This document shows positions 48,776 through 61,820 of a stretch of DNA of 64,000 bases, piece by piece. The position numbers were made by a program, and so were the translations under genes. This DNA comes from Mobula hypostoma (taxonomy: Eukaryota): NCBI RefSeq assembly GCF_963921235.1, contig NC_086105.1:95852001-95916000 (forward strand). The letters run 5' to 3'. The notes under the pieces were generated by a model. It had not been told where the DNA came from and made no database searches. It worked only from the letters and a program-made list of their open reading frames with translations. Each line of letters begins with the position of its first letter. The first letter of the stretch is position 1.

Positions 48776-49799
48776 CGATTTACACAGGCAGTCCTGGGTT
48801 TTTGTAAGTGAGGTCATTTGAAACCTGGGGAGCCCTTGTAATTTCAAGAACTTGAAGAAGGCCATGTTGCAGCTTTCCTTCCATAAAGAGCCTCAGGTTA
48901 ATCAGCATAGCAGATAGTTACATCCTTCCAAACATAGACATGAGAATGAATGAAACTGGAGTAAGTTTTATAGGTAGCCTCTGTTAGCATGGATCAACGA
49001 TTTAAAGATATCCAGAACTATGGAATTAGGAGTAAACTGTGCTGGGGAACATGGAGTGAGTGACTGGAACAGAGGATACCAAAAGGGAGGGGATGAGTGA
49101 AATGGGAAGGAGATGAGAGAGGACTGGAAGAAGGGGAGGGTGCTAAGAGGAGTTAATGAAAATGGAGCTGAGGATTGGGTAGGAAGTGAAGTATAATGAG
49201 AGGGAGGGAATTTGAAGTGAATGAAACAAGGATGGGATAAATGAAAATATCAAGCTGAGAGTAGTTAATGAAGATGAAGCTAAGAGATGTGTGAACTACA
49301 GGGTGCTTAGGAGTGTATGAAGGCAAAAAGAGGGAGAGGGCAAAGGAAAGTGAACTGGAATGAGAGGAACAAGGTGGGGAGGGAAAAATCGTGTAGATAG
49401 GAAGATATTTGTGTGTGTGAGATTAGATGTTTGCTTTAGGGTAAATGGGCATTCATGTATCCCACGTACAGATGCTATGTCTGTGCAGAAAGGATTAGAC
49501 TCAAATCACTTTGGGCTTCCTTGTCATTGAATCTAGCCTCACTTTGTCACGTCCATGTGGACCACTTCTTGCTAAAAGGCTTATGGACACAGGTATCTTC
49601 CACTCGGAACTGGCATAGCAGCAAGACTCTGAAAATACAGTTCACGGGCTGGGTACAGACCAGGTGCCACACAATGGAGTAGAAGCAGATTCATAAGATA
49701 ACTGCCCTGCATTGGGAGTCATCGTTCATGATGAGATCCCAGTGGTAGGATGCCTGAGAATAGGACACAACCTGAGAGGAAACTCCCAGAAATGGAATC

Positions 49800-51425
49800 T
49801 GATGTGTGCTGGAATCCCAGCTAATGCTGTGACCCAGGAGAGAGGTCAGATCCTTGGAATGAAATCCCCAGGAATAGGTCAGATCTTTAGTGAGACTTGG
49901 TTGTGGGAGAAGCAGAACTGGCAGCTCAATATTCTGCGGTTCCGTTTTAGATGTGACAGAGCGGGAGGGGTGGCAATACTAGTCGGGAAATGTCACAACA
50001 GGTCTCAGGACAGACAGTAGAGAACTTGTCTAGTGGGTGGAACTGAGGAATAAGAAAGGTATGACCACGTTAATGCTGTAAAAGGGCTAGATGGGATAGA
50101 GATTGTCAAATGTGTTCAGGAAAGTTCCCTTAATAAGGCCCTGGTTAAGAAAAAAAAAAGCAGGGGCTTAGCGGTAGGAACGTATGGGGCATTTACAGAG
50201 TATAAGAAATGCAAAAGAACACGTAAGAAAAAAAATCAGCATGCCTAATAGAAGACATGAAGTTGCCCTAGCAGACTAGGTGAAGGAGGATCCTAGGGAT
50301 TCTACAAGTATGTTAAGAGCAAAAGGAATACAGGGGACAAATTTGGTCTTCTGGAATAGTGTAGGTATCGTGGTAGGTTGCTTCTAAACAATATTATAGG
50401 GATTTTCAAGGAAGTACCAGGAAAGTTGATAAATAAAGTCTACATGGACTTTAGCAAGACATTTGATAAGGTCTCACATGGGAAGTTGGTCAGGAAGGTT
50501 TAGTTGCTTGGCATTCAAGATGAAGTAGTAAATTAGATTAGACAACACACACAAAATGTTGGTGGAATGCAGCAGGCCAGGCAGCATCTATAGGAAGAAG
50601 TACAGTTGATGTTTCGGGCCGAGACCCTTCATCACGACTAACTGAAAGAAGAGATAGTAAGAGATTTGAAAGTGGGAGGGGAGGGGGAGGGATGAAGCCA
50701 AGAGCTGTAAAGTTGATTGGCAAAAGGGATACAAGGCTGGAGAAGGGAGAGGATCATGGACGGGAGGCCAAGGGAGAAAGAAAGGGGGAGGGCAGCACCA
50801 GAGGAAGATGGAGAGCAGGCAAGGAGTGATTGTGAGAGGGACAGAGAAAGAAAAAAAAGGAAAAAATAATAAATAAATAAGGGATGGGATAAGAATGGGT
50901 GGAGGGGCATTAACGGAAGTTGAAGTTAATGTTCATGCCATCAGGTTGGAGGCTAGCCAGACGCTCAGACGGTGGTGCGAGCTGCCAAAAGAACGGATGA
51001 CTGTAGGTTTAATTGCAACATTTAATAAAGTTTGGTTAAATACATCGATGAGAGGTGTAACGGGTTATGCTCCTTGAACAGAGAAGGCTGAGGGGCGATT
51101 CGACAGAGGCGTACAAAATTATGAGGGGTATAGATAGGGTGAATGCAAGCGGGTGTTTCCCTCGGAAGTCGGGTGGGACTACAACTAGAGGTCATGGGTT
51201 ATTGGTAAAATATTTAAGGGGAACAGGAGGGGAAACTTCTTCACGCAGAGGGTCGTGAGAGTGTGGAAGGAGCTGCCAGTGCAAGTGATACACGTGAGCT
51301 CGATGTCAGCGTTTATGAGAAGTTCGAATCGGCTCTGATCCGGGTGCAGGTCGATGGGACTAGGCAGTTCAAATAGTTCGGCTGGAGGGCCTGTTTATAT
51401 GCTGTGCTTTTTTCCCCTGACTCTG
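49800..51425 (+). mobile_element. Heavily deleted CR1 remnant(s), interrupted by a PLE end
   Basis: Scattered CR1 motifs (ETWL, GFYKYVKSKR, YMDFSKTFDKV, RGIDRV). Confidence 0.65.
50543..50960 (-). mobile_element. PLE 3' end with decayed hammerhead
   Basis: Reverse homolog of 56560-56997; ribozyme core reads GTGATGA...GAAACATC. Confidence 0.8.
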
Positions 51426-51689
51426 TATGGGAATGGGATCAGATCCTAAGACGGAATCGTTGGCAAGAAATCAAACCCCGCGCTGAACTCTCCGGGAATG
51501 GTGTCGGGTCGGGCTTGGTCGGGGAGCTCGGTGACAGGTCGGATTGTGGAGAGGACACCCCACTATGCGGCAATGTTAGGCTCCGGGATGAGGACCTCTG
51601 GGAAGGGGGTAGCCCAGCAAGAGGGTGGGTCAGATCTTGGGGATGGAGCCAAACCTTGAGTCGAGGCCCTCGGGGTGGGGTCTTTAGGC

Positions 51690-51759
51690 CCCACTGTTCT
51701 GTTTTATAAAGGGGGCGGTGCGAGTGCTTTGGGGAGGAGCTGAACAGCGGGTCCGAGAG
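51690..51759 (+). promoter_or_regulatory. GGA gene promoter / 5'UTR (CpG-rich)
   Basis: TATAAA at 51705-51710, GC box GGGGCGG at 51712-51718, CpG-rich about 51440-51990. Confidence 0.5.
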
Positions 51760-51802
51760 ATGGCGGCGGACGAGGAAGGAGAGACGCTGGAGTCGTGGCT
51801 GA
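51760..51802 (+). CDS. GGA2: GGA adaptor (VHS domain) exon 1, probably GGA2
   Basis: AGAATGG-type Kozak (GAGAGATGG); MAADEEGETLESWL; donor A|gtgagt. Lies downstream of EARS2 on the same strand, as GGA2 does in human. Confidence 0.72.
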
Positions 51803-52723
51803 GTGAGTGCGGGGACGGGGAAAAGGTGGCGAGCTTCAGTCCCTGTTTGAGAACCCGGACCTATCGTGGTTGCTGCTCGGTAGTTTGTAACCGCCTACAA
51901 GGGAAGAGGCGGCCGCGTCTCCCAGTACATGCTGCCCACCAACCCCCTCCCCAGTAAGAAAGTGATCGACTTCTCAGCGGCCCGCAATTCTCTTGCCATT
52001 ACACTCCCCGTGGGAGCTGATGATTCCTCGCCCACCTACCCCACCCTTCCCTGTTAGAGTTCCCCGTTGTTGTCACCTTCTCCCATTCTTGGAGCTACTT
52101 GCTGTCCTCCCATCTCTGATTCAAGAGCCTCCCCTTTTAAGTTTCAATAACAAAATTTGATTCTTAAGAATATAAATCTGTCCAAGCTGCCAGTGCCTAT
52201 GCGTTCCCAACTGGACCTGCCTGGTGCCCTTGTCCCGTTTCTTATTACCTTTTTGCTATAATCTATCTGTTGTGCCTAAAATATCATCTCTACGGCTGAT
52301 GGCGATCTCTCTAGCCCACATTGTCCAGAGGGGTTTGTTTAAGGTTTCCTCAGTTGTAATGCCGGGGGCTCGTGAGATACATTGCGATACGTAACCAGAT
52401 GTTGGCTGAAGAATAACTATTCACTAGAGGGAAAAACCCAAGTGCTCTTTTTGAAATGCTAATACTGAATTCTTCAAATCTAATTAGAAGATCACAAATG
52501 AACGCTATATATCTTTCCAACGCCGCTGCCTGGCCTGCTGAGTATTTCCACCTATTTCTGTTCAGTGATGGGTTATTTTTTTATACGCTGGTGGTTTTGG
52601 AGTGGTGGGTTTCACTGAACCACAGCTGACACCAAAACACAGGGAACACCGTGATGTGTACAGGGTGTTAATCCAGCAATGGAGTTCAATAAACTCCACT
52701 TCCTATATAGATATCTTAAAATT

Positions 52724-52789
52724 GGACTGTACCTCTTCCTAGAGATGCTGCCTGGCCTGCTGCGTTCACCAGCAACTTTTATGTGTGTT
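52724..52789 (+). mobile_element. 66-bp PLE terminal micro-insertion
   Basis: 10-bp TSD TCTTAAAATT at 52714-52723 and 52790-52799; sequence matches 56932-56996. Confidence 0.82.
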
Positions 52790-54753
52790 TCTTAAAATTA
52801 TCATAGCTTCAGAATTTACAATTCAGTTCTTTTGTTTTTCACAAAGTACCTAAGCAGGGTCTCAGTTGTTCATGCACTGAATTGGTAATAATAATCAATT
52901 ATATTGCAACGTACAACATCTGAATTAAGCGATCAGTTCAGTCAGCTTGCCGTTGTGCCTTAACTAGGTGGTGCTTTTTGAGTTGGTGCTTATGGCTTGT
53001 TTTAATCTGCTGCTCTAATTGAGTGCGTTATTGATTGTGTGACATAACGAGGAGCCAGATTTGCGGGCTTGATGTGCCTAATTTGAAGTTGTGACTGTTC
53101 AGGGCAACTGAAGTGAGGACAGCAATAGTCGAAATTAGCAATAGTCGAAATTAGCATTTCAGTAAGTCATGGGGAAGTCACAAGACAGACATAATGACTT
53201 GCGACATAACCCCTCCCACACTTCGGCAGCATGGTTGGATCTGGGGAAATGGTTGAATTGACTGTGCAGAAGTGGGTAGATTTTTTTGAAAAAATGACTT
53301 ATGTAATGATTTTGTTTGGCTCTAATGCTCACTGAGTAACTGTGAATGTGGCAGTGGCTATACAGTTTTAGTTATCTGCATTCAAGAGAATAAACATTAC
53401 ACAATAGTTGGAGAGATTAAAAGCAGAAATTGCTGAAAACAGCACGTCAGCCAGTAGCTGTGGAAAGAGTAACAGAGTTAAAGTTTCACTCCATACTCCG
53501 TTTCTCTTTCCACCTATGATGCCAGACATTTTACATGTACCCAACATTTACTGCTTTTAATTCACATTTCCAGATTCTGCATTTTGATTATATTCCACAT
53601 GTTCAACCAATCATGAGATACTGGTGGGGTTCAACAGTAGTGACACAAAACACAACTTTTTCAAAAGTGTCAGGGTCACACTCCATCCAAGTATATAAGT
53701 AGTGTTAAGGATTTAACTCTGAATAATCATGGGGGGGGGGGGGCATCTAGCAGAATTGGTGTCAATAAGCTTCAAAAGACTAAGGGAACCTGGCACCAGG
53801 AACGTTTGCAGCTGGCCTCTGGCAGCTCATGTTAATGAAGGTACAGTACTTTGCTTTGCATGAATTGCCTTCCTCCACCCCACATGACCCACAACATGTG
53901 GAGGCATCAGTAGTGATCTTTCAGGAATCACAGGAGTCAGGAATGGTTGCAGAGGACCAGAAAACCACAGATGTCACTCTACACTTTAGAAACATAGAAA
54001 ATAGGTGCAGGAGTAGGCCATTCGGCCCTTCGAGCCTGCACCACCATTTATTATGATCATGGCTGATCATCCAACTCGGAACCCTGTACCAGCCTTCCCT
54101 CCATACCCCCTGATCCCTTTAGCCACAAGGGCCATCTCTAACTCCCTCTTAAATATAGCCAATGAACTGGCCTCAACTGTTTCCTGTGGCAGAGAATTCC
54201 ACAGATTCACCACTCTCTGTGTGAAGAAGTTTTTCCTCATTTCGGTCCTAAAAGGCTTCCCCTTTATCCTCAAACTGTGACCCCTCGTTCTGGACTTCCC
54301 CAACATTGGGAACAATCTTCCTGCATCTAGCCTGTCCAATCCCTTTAGGATTTTATACGTTTCAAGCAGATCCCCCCCTCAATCTTCTAAATTCCAACGA
54401 GTACAAGCCTAGTTCATCCAGTCTTTCATCATATGGAAGTCCTGCCATTCCAGGAATCAATCTGGTGAACCTTCTTTGTACTCCCTCTATGGCAAAGATG
54501 TTTTTCCTCAGATTAGGGGACCAAAACTGCACACAATACTCCAGGTGTGGTCTCACCAAGGCCTTGTGCAACTGCAGTAGTACCTCCCTGCTCCTGTACT
54601 CAAATCCTCTTGCTGTAAATGCCAGCATACCATTCGCCTTTTTCACCGCCTGCTGTACCTGCATGCCCACTTTCAATGACTGGTGTATAATGACACCCAG
54701 GTCTCGTTGCACCTCCCGTTTTCCTAATCGGCCACCATTCAGATAATAATCTG

Positions 54754-57037
54754 AACCTCACTCCTTCGGAACGCTCTGCTCTCCACTCCCTCCGCACTAA
54801 TCCTAACCTTATTATTAAACCCGCCGATAAGGGGGGTGCTGTTGTAGTCTGGCGTACTGACCACTACCTTGCCGAGGCACAGCGACAACTTGCGGATACC
54901 TCCTCTTATTTACTCCTCGATCGTGACCCCACTAAGGAGCACCAGGCCATTGTCTCCCATACCATCACCAACTTTATCCACTCAGGGGATCTCCCATCCA
55001 CTGCTACCAACCTTATAGTTCCCACACCTCGCACTTCCCGTTTCTACCTCCTACCCAAGATCCACAAACCTGCCTGTCCTGGCCGACCTATTGTCTCAGC
55101 TTGCTCCTGCCCCACCGAACTCGTTTCTGCATACCTCAACACGGTTTTATCACCCCTTGTTCAATCCCTTCCGACCTATGTTCGTGACACTTCTCACGCT
55201 CTTAAACTTTTTGATGATTTTAAGTTCCCTGGCCCCCACCGCTTTATTTTCACCATGGATGTCCAGTCCCTATATACTTCCATCCCCCATCAGGAAGGTC
55301 TCAAAGCTCTACGCTTTTTGGATTCCAGGCCTAATCAGTTCCCCTCTACCACCACTCTGCTCCGTCTAGCGGAATTAGTCCTTACTCTTAATAATTTCTC
55401 CTTTGGCTTCTCCCACTTCCTCCAAACTAAAGGTGTAGCTATGGGCACCTGTATGGGTCCTAGCTATGCCTGCCTTTTTGTTGGCTTTGTGGAACAATCT
55501 ATGTTCTGTGCCTATTCTGGTATCTGTCCCCCACTTTTCCTTCGCTACATCGACGACTGCATTGGCGCTGTTTCCTGCACGCATGCAGAACTCGTTGACT
55601 TTATTAACTTTGCCTCCAACTTTCATCCTGCCCTCAAGTTTACCTGGTCCATTTCCGACACCTCCCTCCCCTTTCTAGATCTTTCTGTCTCTGTCTCTGG
55701 AGACAGCTTATCCACTGATGTCTACTATAAACCTACTGACTCTCTCAGCTATCTGGACTATTCCTCTTCTCACCCTGTCTCTTGCAAAAACGCCATCCCC
55801 TTCTCGCCATTCCCCCGTCTCTGCCGCGTCTGCTCTCAGGATAAGGCTTTTCATTCTAGGACGAGGGAGATGTCTTTTTTTAAAGAAAGGGGCTTCCCTT
55901 CCTCCACTATCAACTCTGCTCTTAAATGCATCTCCCCCATTTCACGTACATCTGCTCTCACTCCATCCTCCCGCCACCCCACTAGGAATAGGGTTCCCCT
56001 GGTCCTCACCTACCACCCCACCAGCTCCGGGTCCAACATATTATTCTCTGTAACTTCCGCCACCTTCTACGGGATCCCACCACTAAGCACATCTTTCCCT
56101 CCCCCCCCCCCGCTTTCCGCAGGGAGATCGCTCCCTACGCAACTCCCTTGTCCATTCATCCCCCCCATCCCTCCCCACTGATCTCCCTCCTGGCACTTAT
56201 CCGTGTAAGCGGAACAAGTGCTACACATGCCCTTACACTTCCTCCCTTACCACCATTCAGGGCCCCAAACAGTCCTTCCAGGTGAGGCAACCCTTCACCT
56301 GTGAGTTGGCTGGGGTGATTTACTGCGTCCGGTGCTCCCGATGTGGCCTTTTATATATTGGCGAGACCCGACGCAGACTGGGAGACCGCTTTGCTGAACA
56401 CCTACGCTCTGTCCGCCAGAGAAAGCAGGATCTCCCAGTGGCCACACATTTTAATTCCACATCCCATTCCCATTCTGACATGTCTATCCACGGCCTCCTC
56501 TACTGTAAAGATGAAGCCACACTCAGGTTGGAGGAACAACACCCTATATTCCGTCTGGGTAGCCTCCAACCTGATGGCATGAACATCGACTTCTCTAACT
56601 TCCGCTAATGCCCCACCTCCCCCTCGTACCCCATCTGTTACTTATTTTTATACACACATTCTTTCTCTCACTCTCCTTTTTCTCCCTCTGTCCCTCTGAA
56701 TACACCCCTTGCCCATCCTCTGGGTCCCCCCCCCTTGTCTTTTTCCTGGACTTCCTGTCCCATGATCCTCTCGTATCCCTTTTGCCTATCACCTGTCCAG
56801 CTCTTGGCTCCATCCCTCCCCCTCCTGTCTTCTCCTATCATTTTGGATCTCCCCCTCCCCCTCCTACTTTCAAATCCCTTACTCACTCTTCCTTCAGTTA
56901 GTCCTGACGAAGGGTCTCGGCCTGAAATGTCGACTGCACCTCTTCCTAGAGATGCTGCCTGGCCTGCTGCGTTCACCAGCAACTTTGATGTGTGTTGCTT
57001 GAATTTCCAGCATCTGCAGAATTCCTGTTGTTTGCGT
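54754..57037 (+). mobile_element. Penelope-like element (RT + GIY-YIG endonuclease), 5'-truncated
   Basis: IIKPADKGGAVVV, MDVQSLYTSIP, GVAMG, RYIDD, VYYKPT, VIYCVRC..YIGET; 17-bp TSD ATTCAGATAATAATCTG at 54737-54753 and 57038-57054. Confidence 0.93.
56900..56935 (+). ncRNA. Hammerhead ribozyme motif in the PLE 3' terminal repeat (one stem III mutation)
   Basis: AGTC-CTGACGA-AGGGTCTCGGCCT-GAAAT-GTC-GACT. Confidence 0.6.
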
Positions 57038-58339
57038 ATTCAGATAATAATCTGTTTTCCTTTTTTTTCCACCAAAGTGGATAATTGCCCACTCACCCAA
57101 CCTATCCAAGTCACCCTGCATCCTCTTAGCATCCTCCTCACAGCTAACACTGCTGCCCGGCTTTGTGTCATTTGCAAACTTGGAGATGCTGCATTTAATT
57201 CCCTCATCCAAGTCATTAATATATATTGTAAGCAACTGGGGTCCCAGCACTGAGCCTTGCGGTATCCCACTAGTCACTGCCTGCCATTCTGAAAAGATCC
57301 CATTTATTCCCACTCTTTGCTTCCTGTCTGCCAACCAATTCTCTATCCACATTAATACCTTACCCCCAATACTGTGTGCTTTAAGTTTGCACACTAATCT
57401 CCTGTGTGGGACCTTGTCAAAAGCCTTTTGAAAATCCAAATATACCACATCCACTGGTTCTCCCCTATCCACTCTAGTAGTTACATCCTCAAAAAATTCT
57501 ATGAGATTCATCAGACATGATTTTCCTTTCACAAATCCATGCTGACTTTGTCCGATAATTTCACCGCTTTCCAAATGTGCTGTTATCACATCTTTGATAA
57601 CTGACTCTAGCAGTTTCCCCACCACCGATGTTAGGCTAACTGGTCTATAATTCCCTGGTTTCTCTCTCCTTTTTTAAAAAGTGGGGTTACATTAGCCACC
57701 CTCCAATTCTCAGGAACTAGTCCAGAATCTAAAGAGTTTTGAAAAATTATCACTAATGCATCCACTATTTCTTGGGCTGCTTCCTTAAGCACTCTGGGAT
57801 GCAGACCATCTGGCCCTGGGGATTTATCTGCCTTTAATCCCTTCAATTTACCTAACACCACTTCCCTACTAACATGTATTTCCCTCAGTTCCTCCATCTC
57901 ACTGGACCCTCTGTCCCCTACTATTTCCAGAAGATTATTTATGTCCTCCTTAGTGAAGACAGAACCAAAGTAATTATTCAATTGGTCTGCCATGTCCTTG
58001 CTCCCCATAATCAATTCACCTGTTTCTGTCTGTAGGGGACCTACATTTGTCTTAACCAATCTTTTTCTTTTCACATATCTGTAAAAGCTTTTACAGTCAG
58101 TTTTTATGTTCCCTGCCAGTTTTCTCTCATAATCTTTTTTTCCCCTTCCTAATTAAGCCCTTTGTCCTCCTCTGCTGAACTCTGAATTTCTCCCAGTCCT
58201 CAGGCGAGTCACTTTTTCTGGCTAATTTGTATGCTTCTTCTTTAGAATTGATACTATCCCTAATTTCTCTTGTCAGCCACGGGTGCACTACCTTCCTTGA
58301 TTTATTCTTTTGCCAAACTGGGATGAACAATTGTTGTCA

Positions 58340-59630
58340 GGGAGAGAGACAAGACTATAGGGTGGTTAGCCTGACAAGTGGTTGGTAAAATTAATAAGGA
58401 TTATTAGTCATTAAATTATTCATCCATTATAAAGAATGAGGTTTCAGACTACTAGGAGGTGCATGATAAATAGCTCAAATCAAAATGGTTTCCTTAATCT
58501 TACCTGACAGTCCTTTGAGGAAGCAACAAAGAAGAGTAAGTGGATATTGTTTGCTTGGATTTTCAGAAGGCCTTTGACAAGGTGCCGCACAAGAGGCTGC
58601 TAACCAATATAGGAGCCCATGTTACTTTTGGAAAGGTACTAGCTTGGATGGAGGGTTGGCTGACTGGCAGAAGGCAAAGAGTGGGCACAAAGGGGGTTGG
58701 CCGCTAGTGCCTCGTGGTGCCCCTCGGGGATTCGTGTTCGGTCTCCTACTTCTCAAGTGATATGCTAATGATCTGAATGGCTTGTGGATGATACAAAAGT
58801 AGATGGAGGGGTAGGTAGGGCAGAGGAAGGAGGGTGTCTGCAGAATTTGGACAGTTTGGGAGAAAGGTGGTAAATGGAATACAACATAGGGAAGTGTATG
58901 GTCATGCATCTTGACAGAAAGAAGAATGGGTAGAGAATTCAGAAATCAGAGGTGCAAAGAGACTTGGGTGTCGTAGTACAGGATTCCCTAACGGTGAACT
59001 TGTAGGTAAGGAAGCCAAATGCAGTGTTAGCATTCATTTCGAAGGACTAGAATATAATGGTGAAGTTTTATAAGGCATTGGTGAGATACATTCGGAGTAT
59101 TGTGAGCAGTTTTGGGCCCTGTATCTAAAGAAGGTTGTGCTAGCGTTGGAGAGGGTTCAGAGGAGGTTTACAGTAATGTTTCTGGGAATGAAAGGATTAA
59201 TGTATAAGGTGCATTTAATGGCTCTGGGCCTGTACTTACTGGAGTCTAGAAGGATGACGAGGGATCTTATTGAAAGCGCTCAAACATTGAAAGGCCTGAC
59301 TAGAGTGGATGTGGAGAGGATGTTTTCTATAGTGTGAGAGTGTAGGACCGGAGGGCACAGCCTTGGAAGAGGAGGGTGTCCATTTAGAACAGGGGTGAGG
59401 AGGAATTTCTTTAGCCAGAGGATGGTGAATGTGTGGAATTCATTGCCACAGACAGCTGTGGAGGCTAAGGTATTTGATACATTTAAAGTGGAGGCTGATA
59501 TGTTCTTGATTAGTAATAATGTCAAAGTCTACAGGGAAAAAGCAGGCGAATGGGATGCGAGGGAATAATTAAATCGGCATTGATGAAATGGCAGGGCAGA
59601 CTTGATGGGCTGAACGGCCTTGTGGTCTAG
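58340..59630 (+). mobile_element. Degenerate CR1 RT/3' region
   Basis: [28 protein letters not shown] remnants. Confidence 0.8.
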
Positions 59631-59875
59631 CGTGCAACGCCTGTGATGCCTAGGAATACCAGACTGAGATGGTGGAACCTAGAGCAAGAAATCAAACATT
59701 GAGGAACACAAGCAGCACCTATGGAGGGAAATCGACAGCGAATGTTTCGGGTTGAGACCCTTTATCTAGGTTTACTAAACATTTCCCTCTGCAGATGCTG
59801 AATTCAACCAGCAACTTTTTTTTGGTGTCTAATTAGATTATTTTACTATTGGGATCCAGTATACTATATGAACCG

Positions 59876-59945
59876 GAAGAGAAATGGACTACATCAAGGG
59901 ATTCTGCTATTTGGTCAATCTACAGTAAGAAAGGGATGGGTTACT
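59876..59945 (+). pseudogene. Decayed duplicate of GGA exon 2 and its donor
   Basis: GAAGAGAAATGGACTACATCAAGGGATTCTGCTATTTGGTCAATCTA..GTAAGAAAGGGATGGGTTACT versus 61846-61926. Confidence 0.8.
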
Positions 59946-59989
59946 TGTTGCTTCTTTCCTTGGTTTCTTGAAACAGTGTTTGGGTTGTA

Positions 59990-60700
59990 AATGAGTTGAA
60001 TGAGTAGGTGGAGGGATGGATTAGTGAATTTGCAGATGACGTGAAGGTTGGAGGTGTTGTGGGAAGCATGGGAGGCTGCTATAGAAGAAATGCGATGCAG
60101 AATTGTGTGGAGAAGTGGCTGATGGATTCAATCTGGATAAGTGTGAAGTGATACACTTGGGAAGATTGAAGTTGAAAGTGGAGTTAAAGCTTAATGGCGG
60201 GATTATTAGCAGTCTAGAGGAATAAAGTTGCCAAGCAAGTTGTTAGGGTGGTTAAGAAGGCATATAATGTGTTGGCCTTCATTAGTTGGGGGGATTGAGT
60301 TTCAGAGATGCGAGGTAATGTAGCAGCTTTATAAAACTCTAGTTAGACCACATTTGGAGTATTGTTTTCAGTTCTGGTTGCCTTATTACAGGAAAATTGT
60401 GGAAGCTTTAGAGAGGGCGCAGAGATGATTCACCGGGATACTGCCTGGATGAGAGGCTGTTACATAAGGAAAGGTTGAGCAAACTTGGGTTTTTTCCTTC
60501 AAAGTGACGAAGGATGAGAGGCGACTTGAGAGAGGTGTATAAGATTATGAGAGGCATAGATGGAGTGGACAGCCAGCACCTTTTACCCAGGGCACCAGTG
60601 GTCATTACCAGAGGTGAGTGGAGAAAAGTTTAGGGGAGATATCGGTCAGCAGAACATCCTGGGCTGAAGGGCCCATACTGTGCTGTGCGGTTCTGTGTTA
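59990..60700 (+). mobile_element. Degenerate CR1 3' half
   Basis: [23 protein letters not shown]1 tail. Confidence 0.75.
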
Positions 60701-61225
60701 GTCATAGAAAAGTATAGCATAAAAATAGGCCCTTCAGCCCATCTAGTCCATGCCAAGCCATTTAAATTCCCTACTCCCATTGACCTGCATTGGGACCAGA
60801 GCCCTCCATACTTCTACCATCCACGTACCTGTCCAAACTTCTCTAAACATTGAGATTGAGCTCGGATTCACCATTTGTGCTGGCAGCTCATTCCACGCTC
60901 TCATAGTCCTTGAGTGAAGTTTAAGGGGGAAGTTTAAGTTCCCTCTAAACTTTTCACCTTTCACCCTTAACCCATGACCCTAGTTGTAGTCCCACCCAAC
61001 CTCAGTGGAGAAAGCCTGCTTGCAGTTACCCTATCTATACCCCTCTTTACTTTGTATACCTCCATCAGATCTCTTCTGCATCTTCTACATTCCAAGGAAT
61101 AAAGCCCTATCCAATCTTTCCTTATAACTCAGGCCCTCTAGACTTGGCAACATCCTTGTAAATCTTCTCTGTACTCTTTCAATCTTATTTGGATCCTTCC
61201 TGTAGGTAGATGACAAAAACTGCAC
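60701..61225 (-). mobile_element. CR1 3' fragment
   Basis: IERVQRRFTRMLP; similar to 18380-18860. Confidence 0.75.
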
Positions 61226-61820
61226 ACGATGTTTGTTCCTGCGTATTCTGGTTGTTGGTGGAAGGTTAGAATATATAGAGAACACACAGCACAGGAACAC
61301 GCCCTTTGGACCATGATACCTCAGACTGATAAAGCTAATGTCAGCTAATTAAACTAATCCCTTCTGCCTGCTCGTGATCGATATCCCCCTGTCCTCTGCA
61401 TGTTCATCCCTAACCAAGAGCCTCGGTCTTAACTTCCTCCGCCACCACCCCGGCAGTATATTTCAGGCACCCACCAGTCTTTTTGAAAAAAAAAACAACA
61501 ACACATTTCTCCCTCATACCCGAAACACATTCCCTCTCGTAATAAACATTTCTACCCTGGGGAAAAATGCCCGCTATTTAATCTGTCCATACCTCCTATA
61601 ATTTTATAAATTAATATAATTTCATAATTTAGCAAATCTTTAATACTTCATCTATAACACAAAGACCAACACCCTTCAGGTGTTGCTGGCCTGAAACAAA
61701 AGCAATACGGCAGAAAGACTTGGTAGGTCAGTCAGTATCTGCCATGGAGGAGACTAGGTAACGTGGCGTTTTGTCAACACACAGTTTCTTCTAATTGTGT
61801 TGTATGTTTTTCTTTTAAAG

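Larger units (their letters stand above)
53987..58335 (-). mobile_element. Young CR1 LINE (RT region) interrupted by a PLE
   Basis: [59 protein letters not shown]; tail TTCTATGTTTCT. Confidence 0.92.

Noticed and set aside
53121-53156. 16-bp direct tandem duplication AGCAATAGTCGAAATT x2
   Set aside because: Simple local slippage with no further structure
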